From Bdellovibrio sp. (GTDB taxonomy: Bacteria; Bdellovibrionota; Bdellovibrionia; Bdellovibrionales; Bdellovibrionaceae): a DNA stretch of 64,000 nt. The position numbers and the translations under genes are program-made. The notes below the pieces were generated by a model, which did no database searches, was not told the DNA's origin, and was given only the letters and a program-made list of their open reading frames with translations. The stretch spans positions 634,168 to 698,167 of the forward strand of contig JAKFBS010000004.1 in NCBI GenBank assembly GCA_036677065.1, read 5' to 3'. Within the stretch, counting starts at the first letter, position 1, and the number at the start of each line of letters is the position of its first letter. Below, piece after piece: positions 10,859 through 19,454 of this stretch.

Positions 10859-12330
10859 AAAAGCTTTTAGTTTTACTTGTTTTTATGCCCATGCTGATCG
10901 GGATTAATAACCTGACCGATGGCTATCGGATTCCTGCCGCCGGTGGATCAATGCGCATCTATGCGAAAAATGGCGGCGCTCAGGGAGCTTGTTATACGGT
11001 TCAAAATAATCACGGAACAAATGACTTATTTGTCCCGACAAAGTCCACGACCGAGTGGGCATCGTTTATTACTAATGCACCAACCTTTGTTGCAAAAGCT
11101 TTATGTCAGCCAAAATCATGTAAAGAGATTATGACTTTAATGGGGAATCCTGCTGACGGAGTTTACACCATTGATTCAGATGGCGCCGGAGCCGGTGCTT
11201 CCTATCAAACTTACTGTGATATGACGACAGACGGCGGCGGCTGGACAAGAATTTTTCGCCATCATGTGCAAGGCGGATATTTCGCAACGACATCTGATGC
11301 GATCAGTAAAAATACGAACGATGCCAATCACAATCTGTATTCGGCATTAGATAAAATTCCTGATTTTATCAGTAATGGAAAATATCGCTTTCGTATGAAT
11401 TGGCCAGGTTATTCAGAGAAAAATATTTGGATACAGACAACGAATCCATTAGACGATGTGGATGTAGCGGGTGTTGTTCCGATTGCAGTGAATACCTTTA
11501 CACAAACAAGATTACTTAATTGGGGTGGAATTGAACTGGGTAACGGGACACATGGCCCAACCAACGGAGATGCTTCATTAATTGATGGATCTATTGAACA
11601 TGGCAATTGGTTTTTTGCCATTGGCAGTGATGCTCCATATTCTACTCCGCCGGGCATTCCGGCCGATACGCCGCTTCTTGCTAGTGGTGGGGTTTCTGAA
11701 ACGGTGTTATGGATTAAAGAAGATGATGTCGTCGTGTCTTACAACTCATGTAAAGCGATTTTAGATGCGGGTGCGTCAACAGGTTCAGGAATTTACACAA
11801 TTGATCCGGGAAGTCTTGGTTCACCAATTCCGGTTTACTGTGACATGACGAGCGATGGTGGCGGCTGGACACGAGCTTTTTATCATACCGCTTCGGGATC
11901 ACTTTTTGTGAACAACGCAGAAGCGCTTTCAAGTAATCAGACAGCACCGCTGACCACAACAAAATATTCTATTTTAAATCGCCTGTCAGGATTTCTGCGT
12001 GCCGGAAAATTTGAATTAAAAATTGATTGGCCATTGAGTCCGAATCCTACTATTAGAAATTGGTGGACACAAACCAGTGATTTTACTTCGCAACCAGTGG
12101 CAGGTTATGTCGGAGTTTCAATCGGCACATCAACACAAGGCTGGGGCGGCTTAGAATACGGAACGCCCGGAACAACGCTTGCTGATGGTTCGGTGGGAAC
12201 AGGTTCTTATTGGTATGCGATTGGCTTAAATGCACTTTGGGGAGCAAACAATCCTGGGTTGCCATCGTCTGAAGAAGTTGCTGGGGCGCCAGACACGGGA
12301 GTACCCCGGGTCGAACTTTGGGTTAAGTAA
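10855..12330 (+). CDS. Secreted protein with two tandem fibrinogen/intelectin-like domains; partner of fibre 1
   Basis: ATGA overlap with the fibre 1 stop; hydrophobic N-terminus; two copies of SCxxI...GxYTIDxxG...YCDMTxDGGGWT; N-terminal LFVPTKxxxEWxSF domain. Confidence 0.85.
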   Translation: MKKLLVLLVFMPMLIGINNLTDGYRIPAAGGSMRIYAKNGGAQGACYTVQNNHGTNDLFVPTKSTTEWASFITNAPTFVAKALCQPKSCKEIMTLMGNPADGVYTIDSDGAGAGASYQTYCDMTTDGGGWTRIFRHHVQGGYFATTSDAISKNTNDANHNLYSALDKIPDFISNGKYRFRMNWPGYSEKNIWIQTTNPLDDVDVAGVVPIAVNTFTQTRLLNWGGIELGNGTHGPTNGDASLIDGSIEHGNWFFAIGSDAPYSTPPGIPADTPLLASGGVSETVLWIKEDDVVVSYNSCKAILDAGASTGSGIYTIDPGSLGSPIPVYCDMTSDGGGWTRAFYHTASGSLFVNNAEALSSNQTAPLTTTKYSILNRLSGFLRAGKFELKIDWPLSPNPTIRNWWTQTSDFTSQPVAGYVGVSIGTSTQGWGGLEYGTPGTTLADGSVGTGSYWYAIGLNALWGANNPGLPSSEEVAGAPDTGVPRVELWVK

Positions 12331-12350
12331 TTTTAACAAGATTTAGATTC

Positions 12351-12367
12351 TGTTTCATGTTGAAACA
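12351..12367. promoter_or_regulatory. Perfect palindrome TGTTTCA-TGT-TGAAACA
   Basis: Starts 65 nt before the -10 element of fibre gene 2. Confidence 0.7.
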
Positions 12368-12415
12368 ATCCACTAAACAAAAACCAAAATTAATCTTCAT
12401 TTTAATGTCAAAAAT

Positions 12416-12423
12416 ACCGACAA
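12416..12423 (+). promoter_or_regulatory. Sigma28-like -10 element (ACCGACAA) of fibre gene 2
   Basis: 7 nt before GTG at 12431; -35 region is weak (TCAT). Confidence 0.6.
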
Positions 12424-12430
12424 GAATGCT

Positions 12431-15400
12431 GTGATGGACGTTGCTGGAACCACTAAAAATTTGAATGTTTTTAGATTGTTAGTCGTTTTTATTTTTATAA
12501 ACGCGTCGCTAGCTTTTGCCGGTCCAAATCGCACAACCTATCAAGCCAAAATCATGAAGCCTGATGGTTATCCCTTAGAAGCTTCAACTGTAAATTTTAA
12601 ATTTTCAATTTTAAGTCCGGCAGGCGATTGTATTTTATATGCTGAAACTTATTCTTCTGTGAATATGTCTTCAACGGGTGGATTAATTTCTTTTGCTCTT
12701 GGTTCTGGAGTAAAAACTTATCCAGTATCGGCGACGACTTTTGAACAAGTTTTTTCTAACATCACACCAAGTTTATCTTGTGATGTCGGCGGCCCAGGTA
12801 ATTACGTGCCCCTGGCCAGCGATTCAAGAAAAGTTGTTATGCAGTTTCATGACGGTGCCGGATGGCAGACGCTTCCTGCAATGAGCATCAATGCCGTGCC
12901 ATATGCGATGTATGCCAATGAATCTTTAAAATTAAATGGCAAAGCTGACACTGACTTCGTTCAGGTGGCTGCGATTCCGACATGTTTATCAACTGAAGCC
13001 CTTCAGTATAACGGAACCAGTTTTTTATGTGTAAGTACGACAACTGTTTCAGCAGCCGCTGTTGTTGCAGCTCTTGGTTATACACCGGCAACGGGTGCAA
13101 GTGTTACGGCACTTTCATCTTCATTATCAACAACAGATGCAACTGTAGCTTCAGTTTCATCAGCGGTATTTTCTGTTTCTTCAACGGTATCAACTTTAGC
13201 AAGTTCTGTTGCGGCAAGTTTTACTTCGATTACTTCTTCGCAGTGGTTAACTAGTGGCACGGCAATTTCGTATGATTCTGGAAATGTTGGCATCGGCACG
13301 ACAGCACCAGTAACTAAATTAGAAGTTTCTGGCGGCGTGCGTATAAGTATGGAAGCCGCAACTTGTACTGTCAGTTATGCCGGAACTCTACGTTATAATT
13401 CTGGTTTAGTCGAATATTGTAATGGCGCTTCATGGTCAGCGTTTGGCGTGGCCGGTGCAGGGATTACTTTATTTAATGGTTCGTCTTCTGGCACACAAAC
13501 TTTTGTGACTGGAATTAGCGGAACAAATTTTAATGTTACAACGAATAACGGAGTTCATTCTTTTAATATTCCGTTGGCAGCATCGGCTGCTGTGACGGCG
13601 GGTTTATTATCAAATGCAGATTATGTAACTTTTAATGCGAAAATGAATGCAACCAGTGCGGCGGTGATTTCAGCAATGGGTTACACGCCGGCAAATTCAA
13701 GCACGGTAGCAACACTTTCTTCAGTTTTAAATACAGTTTCTTCGACGGTGACTAGTTTAACTTCAGATACTGCCGCAAGTTTTGCGGCGATCACTTCATC
13801 ACAATGGGTAACTAGTGGTTCAACTATTAATTACACTGCCGGCGCTGTAGGGATTGGAACTACGAATCCGGGTGCATTATTAGATTTAACTGCAGATCTT
13901 GGCAGTGGACCATCGCTAAATATATACAATACGAACACATCTGATGGTCGTTCGGTTATGCATTTTCGTAACGATAGAGTTTCAAGTCAAAGATACGAAG
14001 TGGGTATTGACCCAGGTGGTTCGACTACAAAAAATTTCGCTGTTCGTGATTTGACAGCCTCGGGTTCACCAGTGCGCTTTGCGATTGCGCCCAATGGCAG
14101 AGTAGGTCTCGGCACAGCAAGCCCGCTGGCGCCGTTAGATGTTTCAGGAACAATTCGCAGTGCGATTACTGCTGATGGCAATTTTTTTACATTGCAAAGA
14201 ACAGGAAATAGAATTCACTATGTGCAAGGCACAGGACAACTTTTACGATTAAATTCTGATAGTCCGACGACTTATGATTTTCAATTAGATGCGGCAAACG
14301 GAAATATTTTTATGGCCACAGGTTTTGGTAACGTGGGTATAGGAATCGCATCACCTAATGCAAGACTTCATTTAGCTTCGGGATCAATGACGGTAGCTCC
14401 GCTTAAAATTACCTCAGGTACACTATTGTCTGCAGCGCAAGCTGGTGCTGTTGAATATGATGGTTCTTATTACTACATCACTGATGGAGCAAATACCCGT
14501 CGCGCGATTGCAACAGTAGCAAATCCAGGAACCTACGATAACGCTTCAAATATTTCTTCTACAGGAAATATCACGATGACTCCAACGGGATCAGTGATTG
14601 TTTCAAGCACAACAGCTTCAACAAATTCTAGTACTGGTGCTTTAGTTGTGAATGGTGGCTTAGGTGTAGCGGGCGCGATCAATGCCGCTGGCAACATTGC
14701 AACGACAGCAAATATCCAAGGAACATCGATCACGGCAACCAGTGGAATGATCACTCCTTATATCTATGGATCGACGGCAGCGAGTGGAGTGTTAACTTTA
14801 GATTCAACAACGAATGCGGCTAAAGGCAATATAGTAATGAATCCATCCGGTGGCAATGTCGGCATTGGAACATCAGTTCCCACAACTAAATTAGCTGTAA
14901 ATGGTGCAGCTGGAAGTGGACACGTATTTACTGTAACAAATACTTCAGCGTCAGCAGGCTATTCAGGTAGTTTTAATTTAGCCGCACCCAATTTAGCAAA
15001 TGGAGAGACTTTATTTTTTAACATGGGTAAAGCAGCCTCAACAAATAATCGTGCAGCTGTTACCTATGTACATGCGGCAGACGGAAGTGCGAGCAACAGG
15101 ATTTCTCTTGGATTTTTTGGGAACGACAATATATTAAATACACTCGCAAGTGGAAACGTCGGTGTGGGAACAAGTGCTCCGACAACAAAATTATATGTAA
15201 GCGGAAATGGTTCTAATGCACAAATGACAATAGATTATGGTGTAGGTGGAAAATTTGCTGAATTTAGAGCTGGAACTACTGGCTCTGCAATTGGTTACGA
15301 CGCATCATCTGCTTTTAACATTGGACCTGTAACAGGTCATGGGCAAGCCAGTTTAGATAGTGTTGCAATGACTTTTAATGCAGGAAACGTTGGTGTGGGA

Positions 15401-17917
15401 GTTACGGCACCAAGTGCAAGACTTCATTTAGCTTCGGGATCAACAACTGTAGCACCGCTTAAATTCACATCAGGAAGTTTATTAGCATCTCCTGCATCTG
15501 GTGCTGTTGAGTATGATGGTACTTATTACTACATCACTGATGGAGCAAATACTCGTCGCGCGATTGCGACAGTAGCAAATCCAGGAACCTACGATAACGC
15601 TTCAAATATTTCTTCTACAGGAAATATCACGATGACTCCAACGGGATCAGTGATTGTGTCTAGCACGACAGCTTCGACGAATTCACAAACCGGCGCACTC
15701 GTTGTAAAAGGTGGTCTTGGTGTTGCGGGTAATATTTATTCAAGCGGAACAATCGTAACCTCTTCGAATATCGAAGGTAATGGTATTAAAACTAAAGGAA
15801 CAACAGCTTATTTAGAAATGCACGATACAAACACTCTGTATTCAGCAAGCCCACAATCTGCACTAGTTTTCAGAGATAGCGGAAATTCACAATACAGTTT
15901 TATCGGGCCAAGCAATGGTTCGATGATCTGGAACAGTTGGTTGCCTATCGAATTAGACACCACCGGTGGTGTTGATTTATATGTAAGTCTAAATGGTAAA
16001 GTGGGTATTGGAACATCGTCACCAACAAGTAATTTAGATATTAGCCCTGTTGGTAGTATTGCAGATAATACATCAGCACTAAAAGTTGGCGGAACAGCTT
16101 CGGCTCCGATTGCAGGAAGTTACGGAAGTTCAAAAATTTCACTGAGCGCAAATTATATAGGTTACGGCGCTGGCCCGCGCGCGATTAATCTTTATCCATC
16201 TACGCAAGTTGACGGGCATGGTATTGGTTTATCAAATGGCTTAACAGAATTATACTCTAACGGAAATTTTGGTTTCTTTGTTAGACCAAATCGCGCTGAT
16301 GTGAATGGAACATATGCTTCAACAGAAGTGGTCAGAATGACTTCGACGGGACGTATGGGTATCGGCACCAGCGCGCCAGCAACGCAATTACATATTAAAG
16401 GAACTGGTCCGTATATAGCTTTTGAAGACTCAGAAGATCCTAATGGTTCATACGGTACTATTACGCAGTTTCAAAACGGCAACATGTTCTACGATGCGGA
16501 TTTTAATAATACGGCAACACCAGGTGGTCATGTTTTTAGAACAGACGGCGGCGCAAATACGATTATGACTATGACCAGTTCAGGTCATGTCGGCATTGGC
16601 ACAACAGCACCAGAAGTTAATCTACATGTTAACAATACGACAGCTCCGCATGCTTCGGGAACCGAAATACTTCGTTTAACTGCACCTCATCTAGGTGCAA
16701 CTATAGGTAGCGGCGGAATTTTAAAATTCACAAATAATGTGGCTACAGCAGATGCTGCCGCTATTAAAACTTATACTCACGGAGCGAATGACGTTTCATT
16801 AAAATTTATGACTGGATACGGGTCTGGAACTTTGCAAGACCGTATGACAATTGCCAATAATGGTAATGTGGGTATTGGTACGGCAACGCCAGCGCAAAAA
16901 TTATCTGTCGTCGGTGATGTGTCTGTGACTGGTCAGGTCACCTCAAAAGATTTTTTTGAAAAATCAATTAACATTGCAGATGGCTGGGCTATCGGAGATT
17001 ATGTTGAAATAGTTCAAGGCTGGCCAAATGGTGCCGGGGCTTCAAGTAATTGGGAAGTGCATGTGGGTGGTACGCGCGGTAATTGGACCGAAGGCACGAC
17101 TTATCTAATCACAGGAACGCATGCTGTGGGCAATGCATGGAGAGAAGCACCTCATAGTTCTGAAAGCGGCTATACTGGCGGTAGTAAATGTTTTACCGTT
17201 GATATAAATGGCAACGGAAATTCTCCGCAATTCAGAATCAGAGCCGTAAAAGCTAGTGTTAGTTGTGGTACGGCTGGACCTGTGTTGCCATTAAATTTCA
17301 GAATAAGATCACTTGGAAATAACACGACTTGGACAAGTTTATCTGCGACCGGCACTGGCGCAACAGTAGTTGGTATGCAGCCTATGGGATTATCTTGGAA
17401 TGTTTATACAGGAAATCCGCAAGGTAATGGCAATTTGGCCATTCATGCAAATAGTGCCGGCAATGTCGGTATCGGAACAACTGCACCGAGTGAAAAGTTA
17501 GAAGTCAGCGGCAGTGTGAAAGCTACAGCTTATTTATATACTTCGGATGAACGTCTGAAAAAAGAAATTATCACTTTACCTGATGCACTGACAAAAGCTT
17601 TGCAGCTTCGCGGTGTGAATTTCGTCTGGAGAAATAACAACGAAAAAACTGTGGGCTTTATTGCCCAAGAAGTTGAAGCTGTTTATCCTGAGTTAGTAAA
17701 AACTGATAAAGTTTCTGGGTTTAAAGCCGTGCAATACGGCAATATCGTAGCGATTTTAGTTGAGGCGTTAAAACAAGAACACGAAGAGCGCGTCAGATCA
17801 GTGGCCAACGTGGCCGAAAAATCTGAAGTTCGTATGAATCAACTTGAAAAAGAAAATCAGGATCTTAAAGCGCGTCTTGAAAAACTAGAAAAATTCTTTA
17901 GCGAAAAGAAAAAATGA
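12431..17917 (+). CDS. Fibre 2: MAT-like fibre adhesin with C-terminal S74 chaperone (1828 aa)
   Basis: Same N-domain and repeats as fibre 1; SDERLK (Ser codon at 17543) and GFIAQEVE; tip and chaperone nearly identical to fibre 1. Confidence 0.9.
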   Translation: MMDVAGTTKNLNVFRLLVVFIFINASLAFAGPNRTTYQAKIMKPDGYPLEASTVNFKFSILSPAGDCILYAETYSSVNMSSTGGLISFALGSGVKTYPVSATTFEQVFSNITPSLSCDVGGPGNYVPLASDSRKVVMQFHDGAGWQTLPAMSINAVPYAMYANESLKLNGKADTDFVQVAAIPTCLSTEALQYNGTSFLCVSTTTVSAAAVVAALGYTPATGASVTALSSSLSTTDATVASVSSAVFSVSSTVSTLASSVAASFTSITSSQWLTSGTAISYDSGNVGIGTTAPVTKLEVSGGVRISMEAATCTVSYAGTLRYNSGLVEYCNGASWSAFGVAGAGITLFNGSSSGTQTFVTGISGTNFNVTTNNGVHSFNIPLAASAAVTAGLLSNADYVTFNAKMNATSAAVISAMGYTPANSSTVATLSSVLNTVSSTVTSLTSDTAASFAAITSSQWVTSGSTINYTAGAVGIGTTNPGALLDLTADLGSGPSLNIYNTNTSDGRSVMHFRNDRVSSQRYEVGIDPGGSTTKNFAVRDLTASGSPVRFAIAPNGRVGLGTASPLAPLDVSGTIRSAITADGNFFTLQRTGNRIHYVQGTGQLLRLNSDSPTTYDFQLDAANGNIFMATGFGNVGIGIASPNARLHLASGSMTVAPLKITSGTLLSAAQAGAVEYDGSYYYITDGANTRRAIATVANPGTYDNASNISSTGNITMTPTGSVIVSSTTASTNSSTGALVVNGGLGVAGAINAAGNIATTANIQGTSITATSGMITPYIYGSTAASGVLTLDSTTNAAKGNIVMNPSGGNVGIGTSVPTTKLAVNGAAGSGHVFTVTNTSASAGYSGSFNLAAPNLANGETLFFNMGKAASTNNRAAVTYVHAADGSASNRISLGFFGNDNILNTLASGNVGVGTSAPTTKLYVSGNGSNAQMTIDYGVGGKFAEFRAGTTGSAIGYDASSAFNIGPVTGHGQASLDSVAMTFNAGNVGVGVTAPSARLHLASGSTTVAPLKFTSGSLLASPASGAVEYDGTYYYITDGANTRRAIATVANPGTYDNASNISSTGNITMTPTGSVIVSSTTASTNSQTGALVVKGGLGVAGNIYSSGTIVTSSNIEGNGIKTKGTTAYLEMHDTNTLYSASPQSALVFRDSGNSQYSFIGPSNGSMIWNSWLPIELDTTGGVDLYVSLNGKVGIGTSSPTSNLDISPVGSIADNTSALKVGGTASAPIAGSYGSSKISLSANYIGYGAGPRAINLYPSTQVDGHGIGLSNGLTELYSNGNFGFFVRPNRADVNGTYASTEVVRMTSTGRMGIGTSAPATQLHIKGTGPYIAFEDSEDPNGSYGTITQFQNGNMFYDADFNNTATPGGHVFRTDGGANTIMTMTSSGHVGIGTTAPEVNLHVNNTTAPHASGTEILRLTAPHLGATIGSGGILKFTNNVATADAAAIKTYTHGANDVSLKFMTGYGSGTLQDRMTIANNGNVGIGTATPAQKLSVVGDVSVTGQVTSKDFFEKSINIADGWAIGDYVEIVQGWPNGAGASSNWEVHVGGTRGNWTEGTTYLITGTHAVGNAWREAPHSSESGYTGGSKCFTVDINGNGNSPQFRIRAVKASVSCGTAGPVLPLNFRIRSLGNNTTWTSLSATGTGATVVGMQPMGLSWNVYTGNPQGNGNLAIHANSAGNVGIGTTAPSEKLEVSGSVKATAYLYTSDERLKKEIITLPDALTKALQLRGVNFVWRNNNEKTVGFIAQEVEAVYPELVKTDKVSGFKAVQYGNIVAILVEALKQEHEERVRSVANVAEKSEVRMNQLEKENQDLKARLEKLEKFFSEKKK
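14513..15657 (+). repeat. Internal direct repeat in fibre 2: 89 nt identical at 14513-14601 and 15569-15657, inside a larger near-identical module
   Basis: Both copies encode TVANPGTYDNASNISSTGNITMTPTGSVIV; offset 1056 nt, in frame. Confidence 0.9.
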
Positions 17918-19374
17918 AAAAGCTTCTAGTTTTACTTATCTTTTTGCCAATGCTGATCGGGATTAATAATCTGACCGATGGTTACCGCATTCCTGGCGCC
18001 GGTGGTTCATTGCGTATTTATGCAAAAAGCGGTGCTTCTGTAGGTGCCTGTTATGTTGTTCAGAATAATCATGCGACAAATGATTTATTTGTTCCGACAA
18101 AAACGCCGGCCGAGTGGCTATCTTTTATTACCAATACGCCTGGCTTTGCTACAAAAACTTTATGCCAGCCGAAATCATGTTTAGAAATTAAGAATCTACT
18201 GACAAGTTCTACTGACGGAGTTTACACGATTGATTCTGATGGTGTCGGGGCGGGTGTAAGTTACCAGACTTATTGTGATATGACTTTAGATGGTGGTGGA
18301 TGGACGCGAATTTTTCGCCATCATGTGGCTGGCGGATATTTTTCTACCACTGCAGATGCGATTAGTAAAAATACCGGTGATGCCACAAATAATTTATATT
18401 CGGCACTTGATAAAATTCCAGATTTTATCAGCAATGGTAAATACCGATTTCGTATGAACTGGCCCGGATTTTCGCAAAAAAATATTTGGTTGCAAAGTAC
18501 GAATCCGCTCAGTGACGTCGTCACCGCAGGCGTTGTTCCGATTGCGGTAAACGCGTATTCTGATACCCGCATCCAAAATTGGGGAGGCCTAGAGCTTTCA
18601 AGCGGAACCCACGGCCCACCGATTGGATCATCTTTACTTGATGGTTCTGTGCAACATACTAACTGGCATTACGCGGTCGGAAGTATTGCAGCTTATTCTA
18701 CTCCGCCGGGAATTCCCGCCGATACCAGTATTTTAACAGGTGGTGTTTCTGAAACGGTGTTGTGGATCAAAGAAGATGATGTTGTGACTTCGTACAATTC
18801 GTGTAAAGCGATCTTGGATGCAGGAGCTTCAACTGGAAGTGGTCTTTACACGATTGATCCCGGAAATCTGGGATCACCGATTTCGGTCTTTTGTGACATG
18901 ACAACAGATGGTGGCGGTTGGACAAGAGCTTTTTATCATACAGTTTCAGGCGCGTTGTTTGTAAATAACGCCGAAGCATTAAATAGTAATCAGAGTGCAC
19001 CCCTCAATAAGATTAAATACTCAATCTTAAATCGTCTTTCTGGATTTTTACGAGCCGGAAAATTTGAATTAAAAATAAATTGGCCAGACAGCGGAAGCGC
19101 TGCGCGCAATTGGTGGACACAAACCAGCAACTTCACGTCGCAACCTGCGGCTGGTTATGTTGGTGTAGCCATTGATTCTACAAGTAATTATTGGGGTGGC
19201 TTAGAATTCGGAAGTGAAGGTACAACTTTAGCAGATGGTTCAGTTAATCATGGTAATTGGTTTTATTCTATTGGGGCACAAACCACATGGGGAACTCCTG
19301 ATGGGCTTCCGGCTTCAGAGCAACTTTTTCCTGGCGGGGTGGGTGTGCCTAAAGTCGAACTTTGGATCAAGTAG
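17914..19374 (+). CDS. Secreted tandem fibrinogen/intelectin-like domain protein; partner of fibre 2
   Basis: ATGA overlap with the fibre 2 stop; colinear paralog of 10855-12330 with two CDMTxDGGGWT motifs. Confidence 0.85.
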   Translation: MKKLLVLLIFLPMLIGINNLTDGYRIPGAGGSLRIYAKSGASVGACYVVQNNHATNDLFVPTKTPAEWLSFITNTPGFATKTLCQPKSCLEIKNLLTSSTDGVYTIDSDGVGAGVSYQTYCDMTLDGGGWTRIFRHHVAGGYFSTTADAISKNTGDATNNLYSALDKIPDFISNGKYRFRMNWPGFSQKNIWLQSTNPLSDVVTAGVVPIAVNAYSDTRIQNWGGLELSSGTHGPPIGSSLLDGSVQHTNWHYAVGSIAAYSTPPGIPADTSILTGGVSETVLWIKEDDVVTSYNSCKAILDAGASTGSGLYTIDPGNLGSPISVFCDMTTDGGGWTRAFYHTVSGALFVNNAEALNSNQSAPLNKIKYSILNRLSGFLRAGKFELKINWPDSGSAARNWWTQTSNFTSQPAAGYVGVAIDSTSNYWGGLEFGSEGTTLADGSVNHGNWFYSIGAQTTWGTPDGLPASEQLFPGGVGVPKVELWIK

Positions 19375-19391
19375 TGTTTCATTGTGAAACG
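19375..19391. promoter_or_regulatory. Palindrome TGTTTCA-TTG-TGAAACG
   Basis: Starts 65 nt before the -10 element of fibre gene 3. Confidence 0.65.
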
Positions 19392-19439
19392 AAAACTTAA
19401 AGATTTTACTCCAAAAAGTTTTATAAAAGCGTCAAAAAT

Positions 19440-19447
19440 ACCGACAA
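19440..19447 (+). promoter_or_regulatory. Sigma28-like -10 element (ACCGACAA) of fibre gene 3
   Basis: 7 nt before GTG at 19455; context GTCAAAAATACCGACAAG is identical to fibre gene 2. Confidence 0.6.
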
Positions 19448-19454
19448 GTTAAGA

